In this document: piece by piece, positions 26,951-40,021 of the stretch | Position numbering within the stretch: the first letter of the stretch is position 1 | Layout of the letters: each line of letters begins with the position of its first letter | Assembly (NCBI GenBank): GCA_030704615.1 | Contig: CM060733.1 | Coordinates: 63,364,001-63,428,000, forward strand | Source of the DNA: Takakia lepidozioides | Taxonomy: Eukaryota > Plantae > Bryophyta | Direction: 5' to 3' | DNA length: 64,000 nucleotides | Translations under genes and position numbers: made by a program | The notes under the pieces: model-generated | The model's input: only the letters and a program-made list of their open reading frames with translations | What the model was told of the DNA's origin: nothing | Database searches by the model: none

Positions 26951-27760
26951 ACTCAGGAGTAAACTTTACTACTGGACAGTCGTAAAAGACAATTTCATAC
27001 CACGGTGGTGGCATTCGTCGCGCACAGAAGTTGTATAAACAACACCGAGTTGGATGTCATTTTTCCGGAAATTTTTATTTTATGGGAAATAAAAATGAAT
27101 ATAAATCGCAATAATCCGGAGTGGTTTTAAGCACTAGAGAAACAACTCTAAGACTCAAAATCCGTATTCTTAATAAATTCAGTTTTTTATTTTCTAAGTG
27201 GGGTGAATATATAGTTGTTTGTACCACTCCTTTAACAACTAGGCATTCATCACACCCTTTCAAAGACGCAATTTCCGCAAGTGTTGTACGTGGAATTAAG
27301 TAATTGGGTTTCCCAGGATAGTCTGGACGCACATATAGATTTTGAATTCATGGTCAACTATCCAACTTGTCGGGTTGACCTAAAGTATTACACATGGCAT
27401 AGGACGTGGTCAGTTCTGTAACGTACGATCAAGGAGACAACACACTATGTGATTTAATCTCCGTCGTCGGATATTTCCAAATTGTGTGATAAAAAATGCA
27501 AGCTTAGCTCGAGCTCTCAAGAATGACTAGGTCCCTCTGATCTCTCTCCTACCTCATGTGAGTACATGCAATCTGTCCTCGCTATTGCTGTTCACCAAGA
27601 GATACACAGTCTATTTCATTCAAATCACCTCTGTCCGTGGAGGGCTTGTATCCAGCCATGTCCTCTCACTTTGATCTTATGAGAAGCCTCGCGTCATGAA
27701 GTGGATTAAAGGGCTTAGCTATGGAGCTGAGAGCGGCATCCCCTTGGCAGTGCGCAGGAG

Positions 27761-27947
27761 AAAAAAAGAAAAAAAGTATGACGCCTCCCAAAGGGAGCGT
27801 AACTTATGGTGTTTCTTCACCACAAGGGCTACTCCAGCTGAAAGGTGGAGTACACCTTCATGACACACCAGACTGTGGTTTGAACCCACAACCACCTCCA
27901 ATGTGCAAGTATGTGCCAATTACCACTGGGCTACATGTTGGTTGTCA
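27761..27947 (-). mobile_element. tRNA-derived SINE, family A copy 4
   Basis: Reverse complement of family A; flanking CGCAGG duplication. Confidence 0.8.
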
Positions 27948-28295
27948 CGCAGGGGACGAAGACTGAGATGTGGGGTTGTAGGTATAGGTGTAATTAGCTG
28001 CTTGGAAGAGGATGCATCACAGCTTTTGGATTGTCGTCTCAATGCCTTTGTATTTAGTGGAGAGGGAAGGTCTGTGCTCCAAACTAAGGATGGGATCCTT
28101 TGGGCTCCAACCAGCCATTACTTGTGCAAGAGAGTTTAAAGACAAAAAGAACGGACGCCCTAATTCTGAAGTTGGGCTGTGTAGGACGGAAGGATATCAG
28201 GAAAGCTGAAGCATTACTATGATGAAGAGAGAGGAGTGCTTTGTGTACATTTTGTGTGGGGAGCATGACCTCTAGACTCCCTAAAGGAGGAAAGG

Positions 28296-29280
28296 GTGCA
28301 GGCATTGGAGACCTATAAGCAAATGATGCGGAAAGGGATAAAGCCAAACCTGGTCACGCTGGTTGGTATATGCAATGCGTGTGCAAGCCTGGCAGCCCTG
28401 CAAAAGGGCAAAGAGGTCCATGGTGACATCATCAAAGCTGGAATTGTACCAGATGTCATTCCGAACAATGTCATTCCGAACAATACCCTGGTGGACATGT
28501 ATGCCAAATGTGGCAGCATCGAAGCTGCGAAGGTACAGTTTGACAACATGGCTGAACGAGATATTGTCTCATGGTACACGATGATCGTAGGATATGGCCA
28601 GCATGGGTGCGAGATGAAGGCATTGGAGACATATGAGCAAATGTTGCGGGAGGGGGTGCAGCTTGACCGGGTCATGTTCATTTGTGTTTGCAATGCAAAC
28701 CTGGCAGCCCTGGAAAAGGGCAAAGAGGTCCATGGTGACATCATCTTGAGGCTAGAATTGTACCAGATGTCATTCTGAACAGTACCCTGGTGGACATGTA
28801 TGCCAAAGGGGGGAGCATTAAGGATGCAAAATGAGTGTTTGACAATATGGCTGATTGAAATCTGGTGTCCTGGAATGCGATGATTGCATGATATGCCAAG
28901 CATGGTTGTGATGTGTGGATGCCCTGCAACTGTTGAAAGAAATACAATTGGAAGGATTGAAGCTGGACAATATCAATTTTATATGTGTTCTCTCTGCATG
29001 TAGCCATGCCGGCCTAGTGGATGAAGGCAAATATTACTTCAACTAATTCCTGAGTCAAGATCATGGCATCACTCCAGCTGTGGAGCACTTTGGTTGCATG
29101 GTGGACCTTCTTGGCTGTGCGGGGCGATTGGATGAGGTAGAGGAGTTTATTAACAAAATGCCAATCAAACCAAACGTTGTGGTATATGGAGGGCCTTGCT
29201 TGGTGCTTGCAGAGTCCATTGCAATTTGGAGATGGCTGTGCGGCAACATCTATTCTCAAGTGGGATGAACAAGACGCCGC
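28296..29280 (+). pseudogene. PLS-class PPR pseudogene reaching into the E domain
   Basis: LVDMYAKCGSIEAAK, VSWYTMIVGYGQHG, LSACSHAGLVDEG, EHFGCMVDLLG, KMPIKPNVVV; frameshifts and stops. Confidence 0.9.
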
Positions 29281-29479
29281 GACATAGTTTGGGGCAATTT
29301 TGGCTGCAGAATATGCATGGTGGGTATCCACAAGGCACCAAGTTGGCAGTCATGTTTGCTTCCTTCTCCTTGCTGATCCAGGTTATGAACTCTGACTCTC
29401 GTTCTTCCTTCTTTTCCTTTCCCCATCCTTCATAATTTCCTTCATCCTTCGTTCCTCTTGAAAATCTTGCTCCTGAAAA

Positions 29480-29640
29480 AGTAAAGTACAAAAAAGTATG
29501 ACGCCTGCCGAAGGGAGCGTAACTTATGGTGTCTCTTCACCTCAAGGGCTACTGCCTTCCAGCTGAAAGGTGGACACCTTCATGACACACCAGACCGTGG
29601 TTTGAACCCACAATTACCACTGGGCTACATGCTGGTTATC
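29480..29640 (-). mobile_element. tRNA-derived SINE, family A copy 5 (internal deletion)
   Basis: Reverse complement of family A; flanking duplication CTTGCTCCTGAAAA. Confidence 0.8.
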
Positions 29641-30694
29641 CTTGCTCCTGAAAATTGTTGACCCTTGTTTTGCTTACTCTCCTTCTCATGTTCACTCATC
29701 CGCTCTTGTACTGTGTCACAAGGCTGGTGCTCATCCTTCCTGATTACCTTTGATGGCATTGGTGCCATGTTGATATAGTGGCCTCAACATCACTTATCCC
29801 ATTCTGACCTCTAATGTTCATGACTCCCCACAAGGCTCCTATGATAAACATTTTTTGCTCCATGCTTGCCTCTGCCCTTGTCTCGTCAAATTTTCCTTCC
29901 TTATACAGCTGCAATCGCCTCACTTGCTGCAATATTCCCTTCTTTATGTCTCTTGTGGACACCATATTAGTGTTTGTTTTGCTGTCCCTTTTTCTGTCTG
30001 TCTCCATGTTACTGATATGCGCATAGGACACCTTCTTTGTCTTAAACTCATAATTTTGCTGCTGCCTCCAAACATTCCAAATTGTTGTCATTGATGTTGA
30101 TGTTGGCTTATGAGTATTATTGTCTCCGTTGCTACTTTCGGGCCACACAAAGGTTGCTCCCAAATCTTGTGTGTTGCCCTTGTTCTTTCAACTCCTGTTG
30201 CTGACTTTTGAATATTGTCCTCCATTTTGCATAATCTCAACTCCCCGTCCACGTTGGCCCCACACTTTTTTGCTTGTTGCCTAATTTATGAGATTCTTAA
30301 TGAATCTGATCACATGTTTTGTGGATAGCTCCTGCCACCTCCATGTGGTTTGTAGCATTTCTGCCTAGTCCTTTGCTCTCCTTCTTTTTCACTCTCCTTA
30401 CTGCATGGACAATTCAGTTCTGCCCCCACGTTTTCAGACCTCCCGCGATCATCCCTCGATTGCACAACCCTTGCTCCATGTGAGCTTTGCCCTCCCTTTT
30501 TGTGTTTTTTGCCGGCATTTCCTCCTTTGCTATTTGTGTTCCTTGGACAGTTTTCAGCTCTTCACCACATCCTAGTGGGTCGTACATGCTAACCCCTTCT
30601 TTTATCTGTTTGTTGTCTAGGGGAAACTACTGGTTTAGAGCATACCTCTCGCTTCCTCTCTGCACAAATTTGGATAGTATTACTCAGCGGCTCT

Positions 30695-32787
30695 GCTTGT
30701 CCGCCTCCTTGATCGGCAAATGGTGATATCCGGACCGCAAGTCCAAAGTGCTAAAGACCTTGGCATGCCCAATGGCATTAAAGATCTCCTCAGGTGTGGG
30801 CATGGCGTACTTATCGGACTTGGTCTGACGATTTACAGGTCGGTAATCACCGCACATACGTCTCTCTGTCCAATTGCCATAGACATCCTTCTTGGCTGGC
30901 ATCACCGTGGCTGAAGCATACTCTCCACCAGAGAGCTCCACCAAACCAGCCTCCCAGAGATCTTGAGTCCTCATCTGAATCAAAGACCTCTCCATGTCAC
31001 TGTATCTATAGAGTCTCCGAAAGATTGGCGTGTCCATGGCCAACTCAATACGAATCTCCTGACCCTTCAGTGCTCCCAAATCCTTCAAACTGAAGGCAAA
31101 GCAATTCCTGTAAGCCCTCAGGAACCACCGTATACGTCGTCTCTCTCCTCCAGTGACAATGGGTCCAATGTCAGGCTCCCAATTGTCCTCCGTAACCACA
31201 ACCTTAAGTCCAACAGACTTAGAGGTAGGAGACGCGTCCCGTGGTTGCTATGCCGCAACCTCATGTGCAGTACTCCCTGCCTGCTCAGTCAATGACAAGG
31301 CCTCATCTTGCCCCATCATCTCATCCTTGAGGACCTCCTCAACCCGAGAAGAATCCCCAACCTCATCCATCACAGCCGCCTTGGTTGCCAACTCCCTCTG
31401 AACCTCGAGCACCTCCCACGTGTGCCATGGATGTCTACACCCCGTGGTCCTCACCGGCTCACCCCCACTCACTGCCTGTACCGTCTCGGTAGGCAGAGAG
31501 ACCGTCAAGGGAAGTGCACTCTGCACTCTACGTTGCTCAGCCATAGCCAAGCTGATAATCCAGGTCAAGCAATTTAGATCCATCGCTTGCCCCAACACCT
31601 GACGACGTGATGCCTCAGTAAGAGAAGGCACCGCCGTGGTCCCAGTGGAAAAACCCATAGCCCGCTCTCGCTCGTCGGCATTCGGCTCCACTAACTGCTG
31701 CAACTGAGCATCCCACAGGAGGCCAGGTCCACTATCCCGGAAAGCATGCGATCCTGGGAAGCTGAGCAGTGTAGGTAGTGCTGCTCGTGGTTGACCCACC
31801 TTGTTGACCATTGCCAAAGGCGAACGGTCATCGTGTCTCACACACTGAGACTGCCTCCCTGTGTCCAAGATGCTATCAACTATGAGGTGTGCTGGTCACT
31901 GCGCCCCATCAAATTCACGCTTAAGCAGTGTGGGTGGCATCAAATTAGTCCACCATAGCCGTGGACGATGAGCCCGTGACCCCACTGCAGCTGCATCCAG
32001 CAACACTGCTGACCCAAGCCACGACCGGACTTGATGCACACTGGCCATCACCCTGGCCCAAGAATCGCCCATCAGTGGCACATTCTCCAAGATGTATGTT
32101 GGAGATACAGCCTGATGAAGCTGTAACTGGCGCAAAACCCGCACCATCTCCCAAAACAGACCCGACCTCGAGTCTCGCAATCCATTGCCATGCCCGGCTG
32201 ATGAATGCCCTTGGCAGGGCCAACTTGCCACTACCAAATCAATGGAGCCAACCCGCTCCAAATCCTGCGCCCCCAGCAAAGAGATGTCTACTGACAAGGC
32301 TTGCTGATATCCACGAACCGCAGACACCGAGAACAACTCAGGGTACTGCTGCACCAACTGAGTAACATGACGGAGTGAGACGTGTCGTGCAGTCTCATCC
32401 CTCTCCACATACAAGTAACGTCGTACTCGTACACCTGCCTGTAGAACAGCAGCCAACCTGGTGCTGATCCCGCCAAACAAGTCCAAAAGGCAAATGTCTT
32501 CATCCGGATGCTGCCACACGATCGGTGTGGTGTCCAATGGTGACAACTGAGGTGGTTCTGGTGTAATCCCCACATTGTCCTCCTCTCCTGTCGGTACAAA
32601 AGCCTCTACCCAGGCTTGTTGCACACGACAATCAGCAACCCGCTGCAAATCCTTGCTCGAGCCCCACAATGGAGTGTGAGCAACCATGGCAGGCAACTCT
32701 GCCATACCATACATGTCATCCTGCTCTCTCGGAGGTGACACATCCTCTGAATGAGTGTTGTCATCCAACAACTCTCTAGGCCAAGTT
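30695..32787 (-). mobile_element. Ty3/Gypsy pol fragment (segment A): C5-cytosine methyltransferase followed by N-terminal RT
   Basis: One reading frame with two in-frame stops: LLDLFGG, VERD, WPCQG, ILENV, AHRPRLWWTNL, ERERAMGF, LGQAMD, then RMCGDYRPVN and FSTLDLRSGYH. Confidence 0.9.
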
Positions 32788-33329
32788 GTCGTGCACCTAA
32801 GCATCGTGCCACAACATACATCGCTGTCCACCATACATTCTAAGCACACGATCCTAGAAAGCTATGCCACAATGATAATGGAAGTGAACACACAATGGAA
32901 ACACTCCACTCATGAATCCACTCATTCACATAAACTAAGTCAAGCCAAAGGCACCTTTGCTAAAGGAATCCACCCTACAAAGCCCTCACCACACTCCTTC
33001 TCAATATCTAGAGCTATGGAGGTGGGAGAGGCTCATGGAGGCTCAACTACAAGAAGATGAGCCCTCGTCAACACTCACAAGGGGAAAACCCATCCTCATG
33101 TCCCAAGTGAGGTTTGACACCTCACTTGGCATGTGAGACCAAATGAAGTCCCAACACACAAAATACAAATATAAATGTCCAAAATGTCATAGTTAACTAG
33201 AAGTAGGTAATTCTAGTTAACCATGACTAAAACCATGACAGCTGTCGTGCACCTAAGCATCGTGCCACAACATACATCGTTGTCCACCATACATTCTAAG
33301 CACACAATCCTAGAAAGCTATGCCACAAT
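32788..33329 (-). mobile_element. LTR-like unit (TGTCATGG...GCACGACA, 33240-32788) abutting a second copy of its 3' end (33329-33243)
   Basis: 32873-33240 is the reverse complement of 40022-40389; the ~87-bp end segment is duplicated; TG...CA termini. Confidence 0.7.
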
Positions 33330-35814
33330 CGCCCCCCTAGCTGGTGATTAGGTCCCTCTAACACCGGATAGCTGACAAGTATCTTGAAATCTCCTGCTGG
33401 AGCTTCAGTTTGGCCATGCGAGAGGTTGGATGCCGCCCGTAGTACAAAGCCTTCAGCTTCCGCCGCGGTCTGGATGTGGGTTTTCTCTCAGGAGAGCCAC
33501 GCCCTTCTCCACGCGGCATAAGTCCCATCAAAAGAAAAAGTCTCCCGCAGTATGCGTGGGTACATGCCTCGAATAGAACTTCATCCAAGCGTCACATCAG
33601 GTGTCGAAGGCGTATCCGGGAAGCAAGAGCGGAATCCCTATGGAACATCCTGTTTAAAACCGACGGCGGACGACATTTAATGCGCAACTGCGCCATTAAA
33701 TGTTGCAGGTATGGAGGTCGGTCACAGGCGCCGACTGGTCCACCCTCCCCCCGAGACTTCATCAATCGCCCGTTGGATGGAAAAAACGGCGCCGAATTTC
33801 CATCTAGCGGATGAAGTAGGACGCAACGTGGCCCTCCCTCCGCCCGAACCGTTCTCATCCAGGAGACGCCGGATGAAAACCGGCACCGAATGTCCATCCT
33901 GCAGGTAATTCGGTCCACCTCATCGATGTCTTTAGCGGACGAGAATGGTGGGAATAACGTGCCAAAAGTGGCCTGCAGGTAAAAAACTCCAAGTTTAGTG
34001 TGTAACCAGACAAAAAAACGCGAAAAACTTGATGCAACGACTAAAATTTGTTGATGAAGGGCCGATACGTGCGTCTGTGGATGGAAATTTGGCGTCGTTT
34101 TTCCATCCGGGGGATGTTTTCTCTCGGCCAGTTCGATCCATTCTTGAAATTTTGCGAGGGCTTCACATGGAGGGACACCACTCGGAGCTGGCTGGGCTGG
34201 ACTACAGCAAGTTCGCAATTAAATCCGTTACATGCCTTCCCGCAGACGTCGACGGTAATATGTTCTTTGAGTTCCCTCCTCAAACGGACTATTCCAGGGC
34301 CGGAATGTTGACAAATATGGATAGAAAACATGACGGTCATCCTTGGTGCGTCACCAAAAGATGCTCGATGGTGTGCGGGTGCGCTACATTGTTTGTGCGG
34401 GGGCGTTGCGGTTTTTCTCCCCAACTTGCTTCCACTTTAAATCCAGAGGTCACAGGAACGAGACGGATTGGACAGGCACAGCTCATAAACCATTTCGAGC
34501 TCAGGAGAAGGTTCCAAACTCCACATTTAAGTGTGCGCATTGCAAAGAACCACCACATTGCATGTCTGTTTGTAATGCCAAGCAGTTCTATGTGTTGCAC
34601 CGTTTCCCTGACCTCACACGAGCTTGTATACACGTTGGTTCCCATTGTCACAAATTGGCGAGGGGGAACTCGCGGGAGGCTGCCCATGAGGCAGAGTAGC
34701 TCGTTCAGGAGGAGGTTAAGTTGAGACCTGGTGCCAAACAGATACAGCTGTAGGCCGCCCATAAGCTGGCATTGGCCAGAATTATGACGGAAGACGGCTC
34801 CAACAGAGTTCCTCTCGATGAGAAGGAAATAGAGGCATTGCTGGAGTCAATGTCCCACGTTTGTTCACCGAATGTCTAAAACCACATTGTCTCCTGCAAA
34901 CAAAAAATTGGGCGTGGCTCGGATATGCACTCCATTCTGGAGGTGAAGCGACGATGTGGATATGACTACATTCATGGAAGTAGGTTTCCTGGACAAAGGA
35001 CTGAGGCAGATCGTTGTTTCGTATTCAAAATGTCCACGTGTGGGCTTGGCAGCGGCATCGAACTGGTCGACCGGATGACGAGTGGGGACTTGTCAAACAG
35101 TTGGGTCATGTTCGACCATAATATCAAGCGAATTACAAATCACTAGTGGGTGACAATGGCTACACATGTCTACGACACCCACTGCAGGATGCTAATGACA
35201 ATTGCTATTGGTGAGATGAAAGGAGATGACACACAATCGGAGATGCTACTTTGGCAGGGAATAAACAAACAGATGGCCAAGGCGGGAGTGCCCCCTCCCA
35301 ATTTCCGTGGTTTCATGGTGGACAACGCACAAGCAAATTGGGCTGCCATCCGAAGGGTGTACGGGGAAGACCCCAATGTTCCGATGGAAGGCAAGGAGAG
35401 ATCTTGTGGGTTCCATTTTCTGCAGAACTTGTCGCAGTACACAACCCGGCTCGTGGCGCCAGATTTCAGAGAGGAGCACCGCACCATTTTTCGGCGGAGA
35501 CACCTATTACCGCGCAATACGTCGCCGATTTCTCTGCTTGCGGACCCTGTTACCGCGAAATTCGGCGCCATTTTTGCAGATGTCGCTCGGAATTCGCATG
35601 AGCGGAAGACGAAATATCATGAGCACGGCTCTTAAAACTACAATTTCTACTTGAAACAATGAATATTATATTATATTATATATATTCTGACACATTCCAT
35701 TAAAATAATGTTTTAAATTGTTTTTTATTTCCAGAATTTGTACTTCTGCTCATGAAAACCGATTGTCTTACTACTCCGCTCATGCCGCTCATGCTCATGA
35801 AATAGCTAACCTCC
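33330..35814 (+). mobile_element. Partial copy 1 of the large Mutator-like element: first cargo exon (minus), palindromes, transposase remnant, right terminus
   Basis: Peptides homologous to 58171-58320 and 61150-62500; ends in GCTCATGCTCATGAAATAGCTAACCTCC, the reverse complement of the 49797 terminus type. Confidence 0.8.
34130..35480 (+). pseudogene. MULE-type transposase remnant
   Basis: DRKHDGHPWCVTK, RACIHVGSHCH, WVMFDH, GFMVDNAQAN, SCGFHF. Confidence 0.75.
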
Positions 35815-35936
35815 TAGCCACCACTAGTGCAGCCACTAGTCCACCACTAGGCTGCCACTAGCCACCACTAGTGCAGCCACTAGTCCAACCACTAGGCTGT
35901 CACTAGCCACCACTAGTGCAGCCACTAGTCCACCAC
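35815..35936. repeat. CCACTAG-based tandem repeat
   Basis: CTAGCCACCACTAGTGCAGCCACTAGTCCA repeated three times. Confidence 0.85.
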
Positions 35937-36317
35937 AGGTGCAGGTGCTGGAGCGAACCCCAGCTCAAGAAGAGCTCGGGAACGCGTGGGAACGCCCCGA
36001 GAACTCATGGGAACTCGTTGGGAGTTCCAGGGAACGCAGGGAATAGTGGCCGTGATGGGCCGTTGGGGCGGTATCACGAGATACCACGAGCCCAGGTCGT
36101 GATCGTTGACCGTGACCGTTGGAAGTCGTGGTGCGGACACAACGGGTGGGCACGGTGACCAGATCGTGGGGATGGCGGGCCGTGAAGGCTCGTGGGAGTG
36201 CTACCACGGGGTATTACTGGGCAGCCCATGGCCAACGAGCGCCTAGGGCGGGCCGTGAGGAGTAGTGGCGGTTAGAGCCACGGAAGGCTGCGAACAGGCA
36301 GAGTGGAAAAAAAATTT

Positions 36318-36348
<31 letters not shown>

Positions 36349-36565
36349 CACTCGTTTCGTAGGACCGGGGAGGCTGGGCTCTGAAGAACAACGGTTTTGA
36401 GCTAGCTGATCCGGCAGAAAAGTCGGAATTGCCTCCCTGTTGCGTTTTAACAAAGGGGATTACTTCCCTGCAGGTAATCTTTTCAGGTTTTCAGCCCAGT
36501 TCTTAACTATGGGGGAGACCAGCCTGCAGGTAATTCCTTTGGACAGAATGTTGTTGGGGCCTATA

Positions 36566-39500
36566 TGTACCTCTATTTGCTCCATTTTTTAACCTTCAGC
36601 GAATGGTGTGGTTTCCAGAGGTGGTTCCATTCGGAGGAATGGCTGGTGGACGTAAGGAGGCATTGGCGGACCCTGTGGAGGCTTGCATGGGGCATTGGAG
36701 GCCAAGTTTCATGAGCTCGTGGAGGGCGGTTTGAGGAGTGTCTACAGGATGCTCTCATGGTTATGCAAGTGAGAGAAGAGAGGAAAAAAGAGGGTGTTGG
36801 GATGAGAGCGTGCTGGGGATAGGCATTGCTTTAGTTTCCCTTCCTCGTAGCTTTCCACCTTCTCTGTAGGCCGAGACCTTTCCGTAGGTGGAGGCAAGAT
36901 TCAGTCCGGGTTTGGGCTGGGTTGCAGGACACCTGCATGCTTGATTGTGTGCCATGCTTTTTGTGTGGGCGCTTGATTTTATAGGTGGTTGACTCGGGCT
37001 TGATTGCCGATCCAACCCTAGAGCATGCTGTCGATGGTGAGGCTGGGTTGATGACCAGTCAGACCATCTTTGTTTCTCCTGTGGTGAGGTTGGAGGTGAT
37101 GACCAGCCAACCATAGGAGTGCCTGCAGTGGATGCAGGTGCAGGTGCAGGCTATGTTAGGAACCTAGTATTCCAAACCATAAGCCGCATCAGGTTCTCTA
37201 CCCGGATACCTTGTGGAGAGGGGGTTAGAGACATGTTCATGACCGGTTGAGTGTCAGTTTGTCAACACGGAGGTGCCACTAGTTGCTGGGGAAAGTGCCG
37301 GTACGAGCACTAGCGATACTAGCGAGTATACGAGACGAGGTGTGCGGTTTAGGCCACCTTCACCTCCTGTGTCTTCTACGAAAGGTTCTGATTTGGATTG
37401 TGAATCAGGAGGACTCACACCGCCGGTGCAAGTTGTTTCCTTGTCATTGTTGTGGGACACAATGGAGGAGATGTATGGAGCCACCAAGGGACCACGAAGG
37501 TACTCTGGGGCGGTGGCACCATCGAGTTGGATGACTTTATCCAAGAGTTTGATAGTTGGTGTGACTTGCAGCAAATGCGCAATCCACAACTGTTTACGCC
37601 TTTTATGGCATGGAAGGGGCTATTTCAGCACCTTGAGGGACCGCCCATGGATGATTACCATGAGTTTAGGCGGGGGCACGATGTTGAGATTGAGGAGTGG
37701 AGGATGTACTGGTCACCCGACTATGTCTCCATCACTAGAGGCACTAGAGGCACAAGGGCAGCAGCCACACCGGCAGCTGCACCAGTAGCAGCAGCTACAA
37801 CAACAGCTTCCACGAGCAGTAGTGGGACTAGTGGTACAGCAACTACGACGTCCACCCAAGCTACTGCTGCACCAACACCAGTGGCGGTGCCTGCCTTCAA
37901 CCCTGTTGTGGAGTTCTTCGAAGAGTTGAGAAGGAACTACCAAGGGGTGAGGACAGAGAAGTTGATGAGCTTGCAAGAGTTCCAATGGAAGCCTACTGAG
38001 AGCTTGAGAGAGGCTTTCACTCGCATGAGGCGCTTGATAAATGTAACCCAAGGGGTTACGGAGGCTCAGGCAGTCCAGTTCTGGTACGAGATATTGGACA
38101 AGGAGCTAAGGAGAAGGGTGCGGGATGCAACTCTCCTACAAGCGGCCCAACCCACCTTAGCAAATGTGTTTTTGCTGGCAGAGCGGATAGAGCTTAACAT
38201 GGTGGAGGAACGAGTGGTCATGGTGGGATTGCTAAGGAGGCACCATGGGGTAGTGGTGTTCCTAGCCAGCCACTACCTCAATGTGCTCAAGGCAACAAGG
38301 GGACTCAGATGAAGCCTAGGGAAGGGCAGAGAGGACCTCAGATGCACGGGTCTCTCCCTTCATTTGCAAGCCAACAACGGGCGGATGTGGTGTGCTGGAC
38401 ATGTGGAGGACCCCATGTCAAGAAGGATTGCCCAGAGGGAGGCAATGGTTTGGCACCGGCACAGCCTGCACAGTTGCAGTGTGGGCATTGTGGCAAGTAC
38501 GGGCATGGAGAGGCCCAGTGCTATGGTTTGTACCCTGAGTTGCACCCAGGCTAGTTCCAAGGGAACAATGGTGGCCGGGGGCGAGGTGGAGCAGCCCATA
38601 GAGGACGAGGTGGCCAAGCATGAGGTGCAGGCCAAGGGCAAGCTCAACATGGCCAAGGACGCCGAGGTCAGGGTGGTGACCAAGGCATGGCCAACCAGCT
38701 TCAGCAGCTAGAGCAGAGGCTCGCTGCCATGGCCACAGCTCAGGTGGTACCGGCTCCAAGGCCGGATGGTCCACCTCCTGCTCCTGAGGGAGGAGACTTA
38801 GGAGGCATGGGATTCATGTGCGGGGCAGAACTACCACTAGTGAGGGCTGCCACTACCACTACCACTATGGGTGGGGCACCACTACCACTAGTGAGGGGTG
38901 CTACTGCCACTACCACTGTGGGTGGGGCACCACTACCACTACCACTATGTGCGGGGCAGCACTAACACTAGTGCAAGTGGAGTCAGCTGCGGCAGTGACT
39001 CGAGGAGCAGCACGAGTTCCTGAGCCACGGGGTGCGGAGGTGGAGTTGGATCCACAGCGTGGGGAGACAAGCCGTCAGGCCAGGCTTCCTCAGTCATTCA
39101 TATTGGCGGAGACAGTGTCGACGCCGTCCATGGCACCTAGTTCTCGCCCGACTGTTACCGAGGCGGAGGTTACTATGCCATTGGGGAGAGCTACACGGGC
39201 AGCACCACTACCTAGTGTTGCCAAAGCTACGGCAGCTAGTGTGTTGCTGGGGGCGGCCACAGCTGTGTGCTAGGCTCCATTGTTCTTGGCTACCATGATT
39301 GCGATGCCGGGGGTAAGACCGGCTGAGGTGTTCAGGATGGCAGCTACAATCTGTGAGAGTGGGGAGGTTACTTCATCTTCTACGGAGATAGTGGGAGGTG
39401 TAGTGCCGGAGGGATCCTCGGATGTGAGGGTCAAGACTGCCACGGCAGCGCCATGGCAAGCTGCAGCTGCCAGGTTGATGGAGCTATCAGCTAGGCCAGC

Positions 39501-40021
39501 CATTGAGCGCGCTGTCATGTTAGTCAACCAGGATGGCATTTTTTGTTTGAGTAGACCGGCAGGCAAGAGGTACTGGCCACTGCGGGTCTTGTTGGACTCG
39601 GGAGCTCAGCCGTTGATGTTGGGCAGAACTGCTATTGCAGGCTTGGGCCTCACGGAGGCGGACATGGAGCCGTGCCTTTTCCAGATACAGACATCTCTGG
39701 GAGGATCAGAGCAGGTTCGGGGCATGACACGGCGTGAGTTGGCTATTCGACTACAGCCAGATCATCCTATAGATGGCTCAGTGATGAGAGCCAAGGCCAT
39801 TGTGACAGACGCGGTCTCGTACGATGTCCTTGTTGGTGGGGCAGTGTTGTACCCCATGGGCTTCACCCTGGATTTTTGGGAGGTGTCAGCTTCTTAAAGG
39901 CCTGGATGGCAGTCAGGGGAGGGCCGGCGTGTGCAGCTCCCTGTGACGTTCATAGGAGGAGTTGCGGTTGCTCAGCGAGGCAAGATGCCAACACTGGCAA
40001 CATTCACAGCTGCAGTGACTT
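36566..40021 (+). mobile_element. Ty3/Gypsy segment B: LTR/leader, gag with two Zn knuckles, aspartic protease; cut off just before the methyltransferase
   Basis: Leader homologous to 42398-42945; CWTCGGPHVKKDC, CGHCGKYGHGEAQC, VLLDSGA; left boundary uncertain. Confidence 0.85.

Noticed and set aside
29640-30680. LINE ORF1/endonuclease remnant (MNIRG on the minus strand)
   Set aside because: Only one weak motif; too degraded to support.
31550-32500. Host DNMT3/DRM gene or bacterial restriction-modification contamination
   Set aside because: Intronless, in frame with Gypsy RT, and at the same pol position in a second copy; no endonuclease partner.
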